The position numbers were made by a program, and so were the translations under genes. The notes beneath the pieces were generated by a model. That model did not search any database. It was not told where the DNA came from and saw nothing but the letters and a program-made list of their open reading frames with translations. From an uncultured Candidatus Saccharibacteria bacterium (GTDB lineage: Bacteria > Patescibacteriota > CPR2 > UBA1875 > CAIMLA01): a DNA stretch of 64,000 bases. The stretch is from positions 91,464 to 155,463 of the forward strand of contig CAZXMN010000001.1 of assembly GCA_964641375.1 (NCBI GenBank), written 5' to 3'. Of the stretch, positions 54,083 to 64,000 are shown piece by piece (the stretch's first letter is position 1; each line of letters opens with the position of its first letter).

Positions 54083-55518
54083 AAATCTTCTTTTATCCTT
54101 CTCGCGGTCTTTTCACCGACAAGCATTATAAGATCATTGATCTCCGCCGATCTTATTTTATCAATACTACCAAATTTGCTAATAAGCTTTTTCTTTGTTT
54201 TCGGCCCGATACCAACAATATTATCTAGAGTTGAGCTAGTTAGTTCTCGAGAGCGCAAATTTCGATGATAGGTAATAGCAAACCTATGAGCTTCATCTCG
54301 GATTCTCTGTACTAGGAAAAAGGCTTCAGAATTTGTTGGCAAAGTAACTATTTTAAAATTACCGCTTTTGTCGATTGTGACAAGTTCTTCATATCGTTTA
54401 GCAAGTCCCACAAATTTCGTTGGTAAATTTAGCGGTCCAACTATCTCCATGACCGAGGAGAGTTGTCCTTTGCCACCATCGATGATTACTAAATCAGGAA
54501 TTTTGGCAAAAGAATCATCTTTTTTCGTTTGGGTAGATAGCCTTTTAAATCTTCTTTCGGCGATTTCTTGGTGCATGGCATAATCATCAATTCGTTTCAC
54601 GGTTTTGATTTCGAAACGACGATAATCATTTTTTTTCGGGATCCCTTTTTCGAAGACAACCATCGAACCGACCGCGGCACGGCCAAAAATATTTGAAATA
54701 TCATAACACTCAATTCGTTCCGGAATGTTCGGTAAATCCAATGCTATTTGGAGATCAACTAAAGCTTTGTCCAAACGTAATTCCCGCTTTTCTTCAATCA
54801 CGTGTTCAAATCTAATCCGTTCGAGCGCCCCGAGACGATCACGAATCTCGGCGGCTTTCTCATACTTTCTTTCCCTAGAAAAGGCTTTCATTTGCCTCGT
54901 CAAATCTTTCATTATGAGTTCCTTTTGCCCACCGAGAAAATTTACAAGTCCTCGAATGTTTGCCTGATACTCTGCAGGTTTAATGTACTTACTTCCATGC
55001 CCTTTGCAAAGACCTAGATGGTAATAGAGACAGACATTATCAGGCCCTAGACTACAGGTACAATACGGAAAAATCTTCCTTAAGTATTTGAGGCTGTTAC
55101 GAACAGCTGCAGTATCTATAAAAGGCCCTAGATATTCGTCTTTGCTGTCAACAACTTGCCTGACCACACTAATTCTAGGATAATCTTCTTTTGTGATTTT
55201 GATATAGCAATAATTCTTGTCATCTTTCAGACTGATGTTGAACTTTGGTTTATAACGTTTGATTAGCTCTGACTCAAGTACCAATGCCTCGATCTCTGAT
55301 CCAGCAATAATCCATTCTAAGTCTGCTATATTTCTCACGAGTTCAATTGTCTTGATATCGTGATCGCCAACAAAATAAGAACTAACCCTATTCTTTAAGT
55401 TTATAGCCTTGCCAACATAAATAATTCGACCTTTGTCGTTTCTATAAATATAAACGCCAGGGTCTTTGGGTAGTTTCTTTAGTTTTTCTTGAACAACTTC
55501 TTTGTTCAGAATATTCAT
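54079..55518 (-). CDS. uvrC: Excinuclease ABC subunit C (short form)
   Basis: GIY-YIG PGVYIY...YVGKA, ECYDISN, IDGGKGQ, RDEAHRFA. Confidence 0.96.
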   Translation of the reverse strand: MNILNKEVVQEKLKKLPKDPGVYIYRNDKGRIIYVGKAINLKNRVSSYFVGDHDIKTIELVRNIADLEWIIAGSEIEALVLESELIKRYKPKFNISLKDDKNYCYIKITKEDYPRISVVRQVVDSKDEYLGPFIDTAAVRNSLKYLRKIFPYCTCSLGPDNVCLYYHLGLCKGHGSKYIKPAEYQANIRGLVNFLGGQKELIMKDLTRQMKAFSRERKYEKAAEIRDRLGALERIRFEHVIEEKRELRLDKALVDLQIALDLPNIPERIECYDISNIFGRAAVGSMVVFEKGIPKKNDYRRFEIKTVKRIDDYAMHQEIAERRFKRLSTQTKKDDSFAKIPDLVIIDGGKGQLSSVMEIVGPLNLPTKFVGLAKRYEELVTIDKSGNFKIVTLPTNSEAFFLVQRIRDEAHRFAITYHRNLRSRELTSSTLDNIVGIGPKTKKKLISKFGSIDKIRSAEINDLIMLVGEKTARRIKEDL

Positions 55519-55551
55519 AAGCTTATTATATCACTTTCTCAGCTTGGGGTG

Positions 55552-55821
55552 CTACACTCGCACCCCAAGCTGTTGCAGTTCTTCCGTGGTCCTCGCGATT
55601 CGCTCCAAAACGATTCGCTCTGTTTCCACAAGTTGTGGTAGCTTCGCAATTCTCGCTGCTCTCATCGCTTCCAACACTCTTGCGGTGCTATCAAATCCTG
55701 CCGTCCTATTTGCTTCTACTGCCTCTTTATTCTTGAACAACTTACCGAGCCAGGCTCTGTCGTACTCAAGAGAACGCAAGAGCAATCCAATCCGAGCAAG
55801 ATCGTTTGCCACGACTGCCAC
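55552..55821 (-). CDS. Hypothetical helical protein between uvrA and uvrC
   Basis: Fills the intergenic gap; GGAGG SD suggests the start may be the GTG at 55812. Confidence 0.55.
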   Translation of the reverse strand: MAVVANDLARIGLLLRSLEYDRAWLGKLFKNKEAVEANRTAGFDSTARVLEAMRAARIAKLPQLVETERIVLERIARTTEELQQLGVRV

Positions 55822-55847
55822 CTCCCAAGGTGACGTGCTACGAGGTG

Positions 55848-58658
55848 CTATTTAAGGACTTTGGCCAAGTATTCACCGGTATATGAACCTGGTTTTTTCG
55901 CTACTTGTTCAGGTGTACCTACGGCGACGACTTCACCACCACGGTTACCACCTTCGGGGCCAAGGTCGATTATCCAATCTGCGCATTTGATTACTTCAAG
56001 GTTATGTTCGATGACAAGTACAGTATTTCCAGCATCGACAAGCTGATTTAGAACCCCCATTAATCGGTTTACGTCATCAAAATGTAATCCCGTTGTTGGT
56101 TCATCCAGAATATAAAGTGTCTTACCTGTAGAACGTCTCGAGAGCTCGCTGGCAAGCTTAACGCGTTGAGCTTCGCCGCCGGAAAGGGTTGTGGCTGGCT
56201 GTCCGAGACGGATATAGCCAAGTCCAACTTCAACTAAAGTGACTAATTTACGTTTGATTTGAGGAATATTTTGGAAAAAATCATAAGCTTCATCTACTGT
56301 CATATCGAGAACGTCAGAAATATTTTTGCCCTTATAATGAATTTCTAGGGCCTCTTTATTATACCTTTTTCCACCACACTCTTCACAAGTTACGTAAACG
56401 TCAGGGAGAAAATGCATCTCTATTTTGAGTATGCCCTCGCCTCGGCATGATTCACAGCGTCCACCCTTCACATTGAAACTGAAACGACCTTGTTTGTAAC
56501 CGCGGATTCTAGCTTCTGGTGTCCCGGCGAAAAGGTCTCGAATATCCGTAAACACACCGGTATAAGTTGCTGGGTTTGAACGTGGTGTTCGTCCAATTGG
56601 TGATTGATCAATATCAATAACTTTATCTAAATATTTAAGCCCTTGGATTTCCATATGCTTGCCAGCCGGCTCTTGCGCGTGATGAAAAACCTGTGAAAGT
56701 CTTTTCGCAAGAATGTCATTTACAAGACTAGATTTACCAGAGCCAGAAACCCCCGTAACAAGCACCAATCTACCAAGAGGGATGGATACGGTTACATTCT
56801 TTAAATTATTTTCGGCAGCACCAACAACAGTGATTTCTTTACCATTACCTGATCTGCGCTTTGCGGGTGTTTGAATCACCTTGGTGCCAGAGAGATATTG
56901 ACCTGTTAAGGAATTCTTATTGGCTTTGATTTGGGACGGCGTCCCTTCTGCGATGATGTGTCCGCCGTGTTCGCCTGCCCCTGGGCCGACATCAATAATC
57001 CAATCAGCTTCGTTCATCGTATCTTCATCATGCTCAACAACAATTACGGAATTACCAAGATCACGAAGATTCTTGAGTGTTTCAATCAAACGATAATTAT
57101 CACGCTGATGTAGACCAATTGATGGTTCGTCTAGAATATAAATAACACCCATTAGCGAAGAACCAATCTGAGTAGCAAGCCGAATTCTCTGAGCTTCGCC
57201 ACCAGAAAGTGTATTTGCCGCACGGTCAAGCGTCAGGTAATTTAAACCAACGTTTATAAGAAATCCAAGTCTTTCCTTGATTTCTTTCAAGATTTGTTTC
57301 GATATTTTAGCGTCACGTTCGTTAAGTTTAAGATTATCGAATAGCTGGATCGTTTCGTCTATCGGTATGATTGTTATCTCATAGATAGATTTATTATCTA
57401 CCGTAACAGCTAAAAACTCTGGTTTTAATCTTTTCCCTTTACACTTTGGACAAATGCGAAGAGCCATGTATTTCTCAATTTCCTTACGGACATAATCCGA
57501 ATCTGTTTCGTGATATCGGCGTTCCAGGTTTGCTATTACGCCCTCGTAGGTCGCTTCATAAGTTCTACTCCCCATGTGAATTGTGAAAGTCTCATCGCCA
57601 GTACCGTACATAATGATATCAATTGCCTTTTCACTGAGGTTTTCTACCGGTTCATTGACCGAGAAATTATACTTTTCACCAACCACCTCAAGAACTTTGG
57701 AGTACCAACTCATTCGGGCCGTCGTACGACTCCAAGGGCGAATAGCGCCCTCCGCAATGGAAAGCCTCTGATTCGGCATTACGAGTGTCGGATCTATTTC
57801 TAGCTTAGTTCCGAGGCCGGTACAAACCGGACACGCTCCGTGAGGGCTATTGAAAGAGAATGATCGCGGAGAAATTTCCGGTAAACTGATGTGGCAGTTC
57901 GGACAAGCGAAATTTTGTGAGAAAACCTGCTCTTCGTTCTTATCATTGTCGAGATAAATCATCACTCCTTCGCCCAAATTCAAAGCGTTTTCAACAGATT
58001 CTGTAAGTCTTTTTTCAATCTCTGGTTCAACAATGAGGCGGTCAATTACAGCTTCAACAGTGTGTTTTTTATTTTTATCAAGTGAGAGTTCTTCGTCAAC
58101 ATCATAAATCTTGCCATCTACCCGCGCACGCGCATAACCGGCTTTTTTGAGACCTTCAAAAACGTATTTATGAACGCCTTTCTTATCTTTGATGATAGGA
58201 GCAAGAATCATAAAGCGTGTATCAGCTGGCATAGACATAATCTGTTCGACGATTTGTGGGATAGTTTGTTTGGCAATTACCATGCCGCAAACCGGACAAT
58301 GAGGCACGCCGACACGGGCAAAAAGCAATCTGAGATAATCATAAATCTCAGTTACGGTACCGACTGTCGAACGTGGGTTTCTCGTTGTTGATTTCTGATC
58401 AATAGAAATAGCCGGGGATAGACCTTCGATTTGGTCCACATCCGGTTTTTCCATAAGTCCCAAGAATTGTCTAGCATAACTAGACAAACTTTCGACATAA
58501 CGACGCTGCCCTTCAGCATAAATCGTATCAAATGCGAGAGAAGATTTACCGGATCCTGAGAGACCAGTAATGACTACTAATTTGTCACGAGGAATAGTGA
58601 CATCGACATTTTTCAGATTATGTTCGCGAGCACCACGGATAACGATATTTTCGCTCAT
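55848..58658 (-). CDS. uvrA: Excinuclease ABC subunit A
   Basis: Two ABC ATPase domains ([26 protein letters not shown]), Zn fingers. Confidence 0.99.
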   Translation of the reverse strand: MSENIVIRGAREHNLKNVDVTIPRDKLVVITGLSGSGKSSLAFDTIYAEGQRRYVESLSSYARQFLGLMEKPDVDQIEGLSPAISIDQKSTTRNPRSTVGTVTEIYDYLRLLFARVGVPHCPVCGMVIAKQTIPQIVEQIMSMPADTRFMILAPIIKDKKGVHKYVFEGLKKAGYARARVDGKIYDVDEELSLDKNKKHTVEAVIDRLIVEPEIEKRLTESVENALNLGEGVMIYLDNDKNEEQVFSQNFACPNCHISLPEISPRSFSFNSPHGACPVCTGLGTKLEIDPTLVMPNQRLSIAEGAIRPWSRTTARMSWYSKVLEVVGEKYNFSVNEPVENLSEKAIDIIMYGTGDETFTIHMGSRTYEATYEGVIANLERRYHETDSDYVRKEIEKYMALRICPKCKGKRLKPEFLAVTVDNKSIYEITIIPIDETIQLFDNLKLNERDAKISKQILKEIKERLGFLINVGLNYLTLDRAANTLSGGEAQRIRLATQIGSSLMGVIYILDEPSIGLHQRDNYRLIETLKNLRDLGNSVIVVEHDEDTMNEADWIIDVGPGAGEHGGHIIAEGTPSQIKANKNSLTGQYLSGTKVIQTPAKRRSGNGKEITVVGAAENNLKNVTVSIPLGRLVLVTGVSGSGKSSLVNDILAKRLSQVFHHAQEPAGKHMEIQGLKYLDKVIDIDQSPIGRTPRSNPATYTGVFTDIRDLFAGTPEARIRGYKQGRFSFNVKGGRCESCRGEGILKIEMHFLPDVYVTCEECGGKRYNKEALEIHYKGKNISDVLDMTVDEAYDFFQNIPQIKRKLVTLVEVGLGYIRLGQPATTLSGGEAQRVKLASELSRRSTGKTLYILDEPTTGLHFDDVNRLMGVLNQLVDAGNTVLVIEHNLEVIKCADWIIDLGPEGGNRGGEVVAVGTPEQVAKKPGSYTGEYLAKVLK

Positions 58659-58744
58659 TTTGCCCCACCCCTTTAATTTAGCGTCAGAAACTCCACCATT
58701 CTACTATCAATGTCAAGATTTTTCAAGTGTATTTGACAGGACCG

Positions 58745-60811
58745 CTAAAGCGAATGTATTTGTTTGAGAGTTTTAGTTTTTTCTTTCTGGCCTTGAATAG
58801 AAGCTATCTGATCGCGAAGACTCGCAGCCCTTTCAAAATCTAAATTTTTCGCGGCAAGATCCATTTTTCTTTCGAGATCTTTGACCAGTCTGCTTAGTTC
58901 TTCCGCTGGAACCTTCGTAATATCAAATTCTGGTTCAGTTTCTTCTTCTCTCTTGTCGTGCAAGGACTCAGAGATGGCTTTCTGAATTGTCTGAGGCGTA
59001 ATGCCATGGGCTTGATTATATTCTTCCTGAATCTTGCGTCTGCGCTCTGTCTCGGCAATGGCTCGCTCCATCGAACCGGTCATTTTGTCGCCATACATAA
59101 TCACGCGACCGTCAATGTGCCTGGCAGCACGTCCAATTGTTTGAATAAGTGCTTGTTCGCTACGGAGAAAACCTTCTTTATCGGCATCCAAAATTACCAC
59201 AAGTGAGACTTCCGGCAGATCAATTCCTTCTCTTAGAAGATTGATTCCGACTATGACATCATATACCCCAAGTCTTAAATCTCTCAAAATCTCGGGTCGT
59301 TCGAGAGTATGAATATCGGAATGAAGGTATTTTACACGGATATCGAGTTCTGATAAGTATTGCGCTAACTCTTCAGACATCCTTTTTGTGAGAGTCGTGA
59401 CAATCACTCTTTGTTTTTTGGTGACCATTTTTCGTATCTCGGCAATCAAATCATCTATCTGCCCTTCGGTCGGTCTGACTTCGACTTTTGGATCCAAAAG
59501 TCCTGTCGGTCGAATTACTTGCTCCGCGACTCCCAAAAATTCTTTACCTTCTCGTCTAAGTTCATAAAATTCAGCGCTGGAGGTCACCTGGCCCCCTGTA
59601 CTGTGCGATAGTTCGTATTCGGCTGGTGTAGCCGATACATATACTGCTTGTTCCACATGGGTCTCAAATTCAGGAAAACGAAGCGGCCTATTGTCGAGTG
59701 CACTTGGCAGACGAAAACCAAAATCAACCAAATTCTGCTTACGAGCTCTGTCACCGTTGTACATCCCGCGAATCTGGGGAATGGTCATGTGGGATTCGTC
59801 GATCAAAACCAGAAAATCTTCGGGAAAATAGTCGAGTAAAGTTGCTGGTTCGCTGCCCTCTTCTCTATTTGTCAGATATCTTGAATAATTCTCGATGCCT
59901 GAACAATATCCAAGTTCATTTAACATCTCCAGATCATAATTCGTCCTTTGTTCAATGCGCTCAGCTTCAAGAAGTTTGCCCTCTTTTTTGAAAGTTTCGA
60001 CCCGAGCCATGACTTCGGCCTGGATTTTCTTTGTCGCTTCGGCAATCCTCTCTTTCGTCGTCACAAAGTGTTTGGCAGGAAAAATAGTTATTTCATCAAA
60101 CTGATTCAATATCTCACCAGTAAGTGGATTTATAAGTCTAATCTTCTCTACTTTATCGCCATAAAACTCGATTCTATAAGCTAGTTCTTCATAAGAAGGG
60201 TAAATGTCTAGGATATCACCACGAACGCGGTAGCTACCGCGTTCTAGACTTTTGTCGTTACGGCTGTACTGAATATCTGCGAGAAGTCGGAGTAGTCTAT
60301 CGCGTTTACGTTCTTCACAAACTTTAATTATCACTGACAAATTCTGATATTCTTCAGGGTTGCCAAGGCCATAGATACAGGAAACTGATGCCACGATTAA
60401 CGTATCGCTCCTTGAAAGCAGTGCGCTGGTTGCAGCGTTTCGCAGTCGATCTATTTCCTCATTAATATCCGCATCCTTTTCGATATAGGTGTCTGTTCTA
60501 GGTATGTAAGCTTCTGGTTGGTAATAATCGTAATATGAAACAAAGTAATGTATGGCATTTTCCGGAAAAAATTCTTTAAATTCTGAATAAAGTTGGGCCG
60601 CTAATGTCTTGTTATGAGAAATAACAAGTGTCGGCTTCTGCATCTTCTCTACAATCTTCGCCATAGTAAATGTTTTGCCAGAACCAGTAACACCCAGCAA
60701 TGTTTGATGTTTGAGACCATTTTCAAGACCAGCACTAAGCTTAGCGATAGCCGTTGGCTGATCACCTTGTGGTTGAAATTTGGATTCTAATTTAAATTTC
60801 TTCTTTTCCAT
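58745..60811 (-). CDS. uvrB: Excinuclease ABC subunit B
   Basis: [32 protein letters not shown]. Confidence 0.99.
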   Translation of the reverse strand: MEKKKFKLESKFQPQGDQPTAIAKLSAGLENGLKHQTLLGVTGSGKTFTMAKIVEKMQKPTLVISHNKTLAAQLYSEFKEFFPENAIHYFVSYYDYYQPEAYIPRTDTYIEKDADINEEIDRLRNAATSALLSRSDTLIVASVSCIYGLGNPEEYQNLSVIIKVCEERKRDRLLRLLADIQYSRNDKSLERGSYRVRGDILDIYPSYEELAYRIEFYGDKVEKIRLINPLTGEILNQFDEITIFPAKHFVTTKERIAEATKKIQAEVMARVETFKKEGKLLEAERIEQRTNYDLEMLNELGYCSGIENYSRYLTNREEGSEPATLLDYFPEDFLVLIDESHMTIPQIRGMYNGDRARKQNLVDFGFRLPSALDNRPLRFPEFETHVEQAVYVSATPAEYELSHSTGGQVTSSAEFYELRREGKEFLGVAEQVIRPTGLLDPKVEVRPTEGQIDDLIAEIRKMVTKKQRVIVTTLTKRMSEELAQYLSELDIRVKYLHSDIHTLERPEILRDLRLGVYDVIVGINLLREGIDLPEVSLVVILDADKEGFLRSEQALIQTIGRAARHIDGRVIMYGDKMTGSMERAIAETERRRKIQEEYNQAHGITPQTIQKAISESLHDKREEETEPEFDITKVPAEELSRLVKDLERKMDLAAKNLDFERAASLRDQIASIQGQKEKTKTLKQIHSL

Positions 60812-60851
60812 AATAAAAAGGAGGTGTTACCCTCCTATTCTAACACTTTAA

Positions 60852-61487
60852 TTATTTACTTATTTTGAACGTGGCTACTATTGTATCATAATTTTTGGAA
60901 TATTTCGTTAAATCATCAGTACCGATATAGAGTGTTTTGTCTCGAAGCGGTAGGATAATGTAAGCAAATTGTTTGCCACTCTTGTCATCAGTCCCAACAA
61001 ATTTCTTGCCTTTAATGGTTGATACTGTCACATCGGCTTCAGTCATAGGATTCTTTACATTCTTGTTACTATTCTCGGTATCAGTAAGTTTGCTCGCATA
61101 TTTTTCTTGAAAAACTTCCACGCGCAACGCTGGATATGGGCCAGCTACATCTTTGTTGAGAACTATTAAATTCGGATCGGCTAGGAAAGTTAATTCTGTA
61201 GCAGCCCCGACTTCCTGATTCACATTCGTGGACCAAACCTTTGGATAGCTGAATTCAAAAGAACCAAAAACCTCATCTGCCACATACTTGGTCGTCGTCT
61301 TTTCTAATTGAGCTTGAAAAGCTGCATTTAGTTCAGTTTGTTGCGCTGAAAGATTTGATTTGATCTCGTCAGCTTTTTGCTGATTTGCTGAGGCAAGTTT
61401 GACGCCAAAAAGCACTACAAAGATTATCGATATCAGAAACAAAGATCCGATAACTATCGTAATAATTCCAAGCGTTCTTTGACTCAT
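60852..61487 (-). CDS. Membrane-anchored hypothetical protein, possibly PsbP/Mog1-like
   Basis: N-terminal TM, coiled coil, FEFSYPKVW ... YDTIVATFKI pattern; start at MSQRT. Confidence 0.7.
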   Translation of the reverse strand: MSQRTLGIITIVIGSLFLISIIFVVLFGVKLASANQQKADEIKSNLSAQQTELNAAFQAQLEKTTTKYVADEVFGSFEFSYPKVWSTNVNQEVGAATELTFLADPNLIVLNKDVAGPYPALRVEVFQEKYASKLTDTENSNKNVKNPMTEADVTVSTIKGKKFVGTDDKSGKQFAYIILPLRDKTLYIGTDDLTKYSKNYDTIVATFKISK

Positions 61488-61678
61488 TATTTCTCTTCTT
61501 CTACGGTTATCGCTTGTACAGGGCAATTTAAAGCGACTTCTTCAAGGTCACAATTAGTACATTCCTCAGAAATAACGTGTGATTTGCCCTCTTCGTTTAG
61601 TTCAAAACATTCAGGGCAGGCGCTCACACATGATCCACAACCGATACATAATTCTTGATCAACGCTTACTTTTGACAT
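61487..61678 (-). CDS. Ferredoxin (single-cluster Fe-S)
   Basis: CIGCGSCVSACP ... CPVQAI. Confidence 0.92.
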   Translation of the reverse strand: MSKVSVDQELCIGCGSCVSACPECFELNEEGKSHVISEECTNCDLEEVALNCPVQAITVEEEK

Positions 61679-61704
61679 ATTATCTCCTTCTCCACAATTG
61701 TAAA

Positions 61705-62385
61705 TTAATGCTTGTCTTTTCGCAACTTATTTGACTTGTCTTTTGACTCACTTTCGCGCCACTTTGCAATCTCAGCGTGGTTACCAGACTTGAGAACTTC
61801 TGGTACCGGTCTGCCTTTCCAAATTTCTGGTCTCGTGTAATGCGGATATTCTATACGACCTTCCTCGGAATGTGATTCATCCTGGTTCGACTCTTCGTGT
61901 CCAAGGACCCCCGGGATCAGCCTGGTAATACCATCGACGAGAACCATCGCTGCCAGTTCCCCGCCGGTCAGAACGAAATCACCAATAGAGATTTCTTCAT
62001 CTACAAGGTTTCTAATTCTCTCGTCAAAACCTTCATAATGGCCACAAATAATGATGTAGTCTCCGGAAAAGTCTGCCAACTCACGAAGTTTTGGTTGTAC
62101 TAGACGTTCACCTTGAGGCGTCATCAGGATTATTTTCGAGTTTTGGGTTTTGAGTTTCGATTTCGCTGATTCTAAAGCCGCAGCCATGACATCGACACGT
62201 AATACCATCCCTGCGCCGCCACCATAAGGTGTGTCGTCCACTTGTTTGCGAGCACCAATACCGAAATCTCGTAGATTAACAAATTCAAATTCGACCAGAC
62301 CTTTTTCCTGGGCTCGTTTCAAAATGCTTGATCCGAAAACGCCTTCGAACATTTCTGGAAACAATGTAATAATAACAATTTTCAT
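61705..62385 (-). CDS. trmD: tRNA (guanine-N1)-methyltransferase
   Basis: VDDTPYGGGAGMV, CGHYEGFDERI, SIGDFVLTGGE; start at MKIVI. Confidence 0.97.
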   Translation of the reverse strand: MKIVIITLFPEMFEGVFGSSILKRAQEKGLVEFEFVNLRDFGIGARKQVDDTPYGGGAGMVLRVDVMAAALESAKSKLKTQNSKIILMTPQGERLVQPKLRELADFSGDYIIICGHYEGFDERIRNLVDEEISIGDFVLTGGELAAMVLVDGITRLIPGVLGHEESNQDESHSEEGRIEYPHYTRPEIWKGRPVPEVLKSGNHAEIAKWRESESKDKSNKLRKDKH

Positions 62386-62452
62386 AACTTCACCTATCAA
62401 AACGGAACCGATATAACGTTCTGGTTCCGTTTCACAATGTTTCTAATTTATT

Positions 62453-62806
62453 CTAGAGATCCAGGTCGGCCATAGGAGGTTCTTCATCCTCTTCGGTCAC
62501 TGGCTCTGCTTCTTTGACTTTTTCTTCTTCTCTAGGTGGTCTTGGTTCACCACCTTCTGGCTCTACAATTTTTAAATTGATTCTAGAATCGTTCTTAGCA
62601 CCCAACACTCTGAGAAGTGTTCGGATTGCTTTTGCAGTTTTACCTTCCTTACCGATTATTACCCCCATATCTTCTCTATCGACTGTGAGTTCGATGAGGA
62701 CGCCTAGTTCGTCAATGGTCCTTTTGGTTTCAACGGCTTCCGGTTTTGTCACAAGCTGCCCTACTATATATTCTACGAATTCTTGATCGGCTTCTCTTGC
62801 TGCCAT
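62453..62806 (-). CDS. khpA: KH-domain RNA-binding protein KhpA/YlqC
   Basis: DMGVIIGKEGKTAKAIRTLL; follows rpsP. Confidence 0.92.
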   Translation of the reverse strand: MAAREADQEFVEYIVGQLVTKPEAVETKRTIDELGVLIELTVDREDMGVIIGKEGKTAKAIRTLLRVLGAKNDSRINLKIVEPEGGEPRPPREEEKVKEAEPVTEEDEEPPMADLDL

Positions 62807-62869
62807 TTAATACTCCTTTTTATGGCTCTAATTATATACTATTTGACAAAAAACAACAAAAAATCCTGA

Positions 62870-63346
62870 TTACTCAGGATTTTTTTCTGTATTCTCTTCT
62901 GCTTCTTCAGCTTTAGTCTCAATCTCTTCTTCCGCCTCGACCTCCGCTTCTTCCTTTATTTCTTCAGGTGTAGCTTCTTCTGCAGGTACTTCTTCATTAG
63001 TTTCTTCTGCGACTATTTCCTCAGATTCAGGGGTTGCTTCTACTTTTTCAGCTTTCACAACCGGTTCTTTCTTCGGCTTACTGACTTTCTCGGTAATCTT
63101 AACCCAATCAGGAAGTTTGACGCCATTAGCCTTTAAAAGTTTAGCAACTGTATTTGAAGGTTGTGCGCCCTTCTCTAGCCAAGCTAGGATCTCATCTTTT
63201 TTGAGTCCTACTTCTTTCGTATGTGGATTAAACCAACCAACATTCTCAATAATCTTTGAATTTACGAATCTTTTGGAATCAGCAACAACGACACGATATT
63301 GTGCCTGTTTTTTCTTTCCTACTCTTGTGAGTCTCAGTACGACCAA
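62870..63346 (-). CDS. rpsP: 30S ribosomal protein S16 with acidic tail
   Basis: LRLTRVGKKKQAQYRVVVADS, WLEKGAQPSNTV. Confidence 0.96.
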   Translation of the reverse strand: MVVLRLTRVGKKKQAQYRVVVADSKRFVNSKIIENVGWFNPHTKEVGLKKDEILAWLEKGAQPSNTVAKLLKANGVKLPDWVKITEKVSKPKKEPVVKAEKVEATPESEEIVAEETNEEVPAEEATPEEIKEEAEVEAEEEIETKAEEAEENTEKNPE

Positions 63347-63407
63347 CTTGTGTCTCCTAGTTATTACGCCTATGAATTTTAGCCTAAATTTGGCTTATTG
63401 TCAACGA

Positions 63408-64000
63408 TTATTTAGCACTTATTAGAGCGTCAGTTAACTTGACCGAAAGTAGTTTCGATATATGTTCGTCATTCATAGTAACGCCGTATAGTGAACTGGC
63501 TGTCTTCATTGTATCTCGATTGTGCGAGATAACAATAAACTGTGTCTTTTCCGCTAAGTCAGCTAGAATCCTAACAAAACGTAAAGTATTTGACTCATCA
63601 AGTGCGGCGTCCACTTCATCCAGAACACAAAAAGGGCTTGGGTTAACGGAAAGAATAGCAAAAAGAAGGGCCAGCGATGTCAATGTGCGTTCGCCACCCG
63701 AGAGAGCGTTCAGACTTTGAACACGTTTACCTGGTGGATTCGCCGTAATCTCAATACCGAAACTGCCATCCTCATCTTCCCCAAGTTTAAGACTAGCGTT
63801 TCCACCATTAAACAACATTGTGAAATACCTGCTAAATTCGCTGGAAATATTTTTAAAAACATTAGAAAATTGACTTCTTATACGGTCATCCAGCTCCAAA
63901 ATAACTTTTGCAAGGTCAGTCTTGGCATTAGTAAGATCCGTCACTTGAGCCGACATTTCTGAGAACCTAGTCTCTAGTTCGTTGTATTCAGCCTCAGTTT
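63408..64000 (-). CDS. smc: Chromosome segregation protein SMC (3' part)
   Basis: PPGKR, LSGGERTLT, PSPFCVLDEVDAALD, QFIVISH. Confidence 0.93.
   Translation of the reverse strand, partial: TEAEYNELETRFSEMSAQVTDLTNAKTDLAKVILELDDRIRSQFSNVFKNISSEFSRYFTMLFNGGNASLKLGEDEDGSFGIEITANPPGKRVQSLNALSGGERTLTSLALLFAILSVNPSPFCVLDEVDAALDESNTLRFVRILADLAEKTQFIVISHNRDTMKTASSLYGVTMNDEHISKLLSVKLTDALISAK

Noticed and set aside
58698-58740. TGTCAA...TTGACA inverted motif upstream of uvrA as an SOS-like operator
   Set aside because: Not repeated before uvrB, uvrC or recG; can be explained by overlapping -35-like elements

Overview
Core-genome window of a small-genome bacterium, most likely Patescibacteria/CPR. This is inferred from gene content: no rimM between khpA and trmD, a short UvrC, a secG-linked orphan family-5 SBP, a PsbP-like membrane protein and only housekeeping genes. 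TGA is used as a stop, so the code is 11. Almost everything is on the minus strand. In order: the spc/S10 ribosomal protein block (rpsE partial to rplC), rpsJ, tuf, fusA-rpsG-rpsL, rpoC, rpoB, M42 peptidase, tig, trxA, tRNA-Leu, broken comEA, recG, tyrS, a class A PBP (the only plus-strand gene), murB, PIN/TRAM, nusA, a deaminase, frameshifted yraN, rnhB, rplS, dnaE, M23 peptidase, an expanded gatCAB operon, ligA, htpX-lemA, LysM, a six-tRNA cluster, SBP-secG-yvcK-uvrC, uvrA, uvrB, ferredoxin, trmD-khpA-rpsP and the 3' end of smc. No integrase, transposase or CRISPR array was seen. Most notable: (1) a membrane-anchored HEPN-like protein (RNSVAH) and an apparently inactive paralog flanking gatB in the gatCAB operon; (2) three self-contained GC-rich, moron-like cassettes (promoter, orphan ORFs, structured 3' end) between core transcription units, one with a 21-bp direct repeat and three micro membrane proteins, one with dsRBD-like ORFs and long hairpins; (3) a 232-nt multi-hairpin spacer inside the tRNA operon; (4) apparently leaderless ligA, uvrC, rnhB and M23 genes; (5) long acidic tails on L19, S16 and NusA. 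All calls are by eye; no database searches were run.
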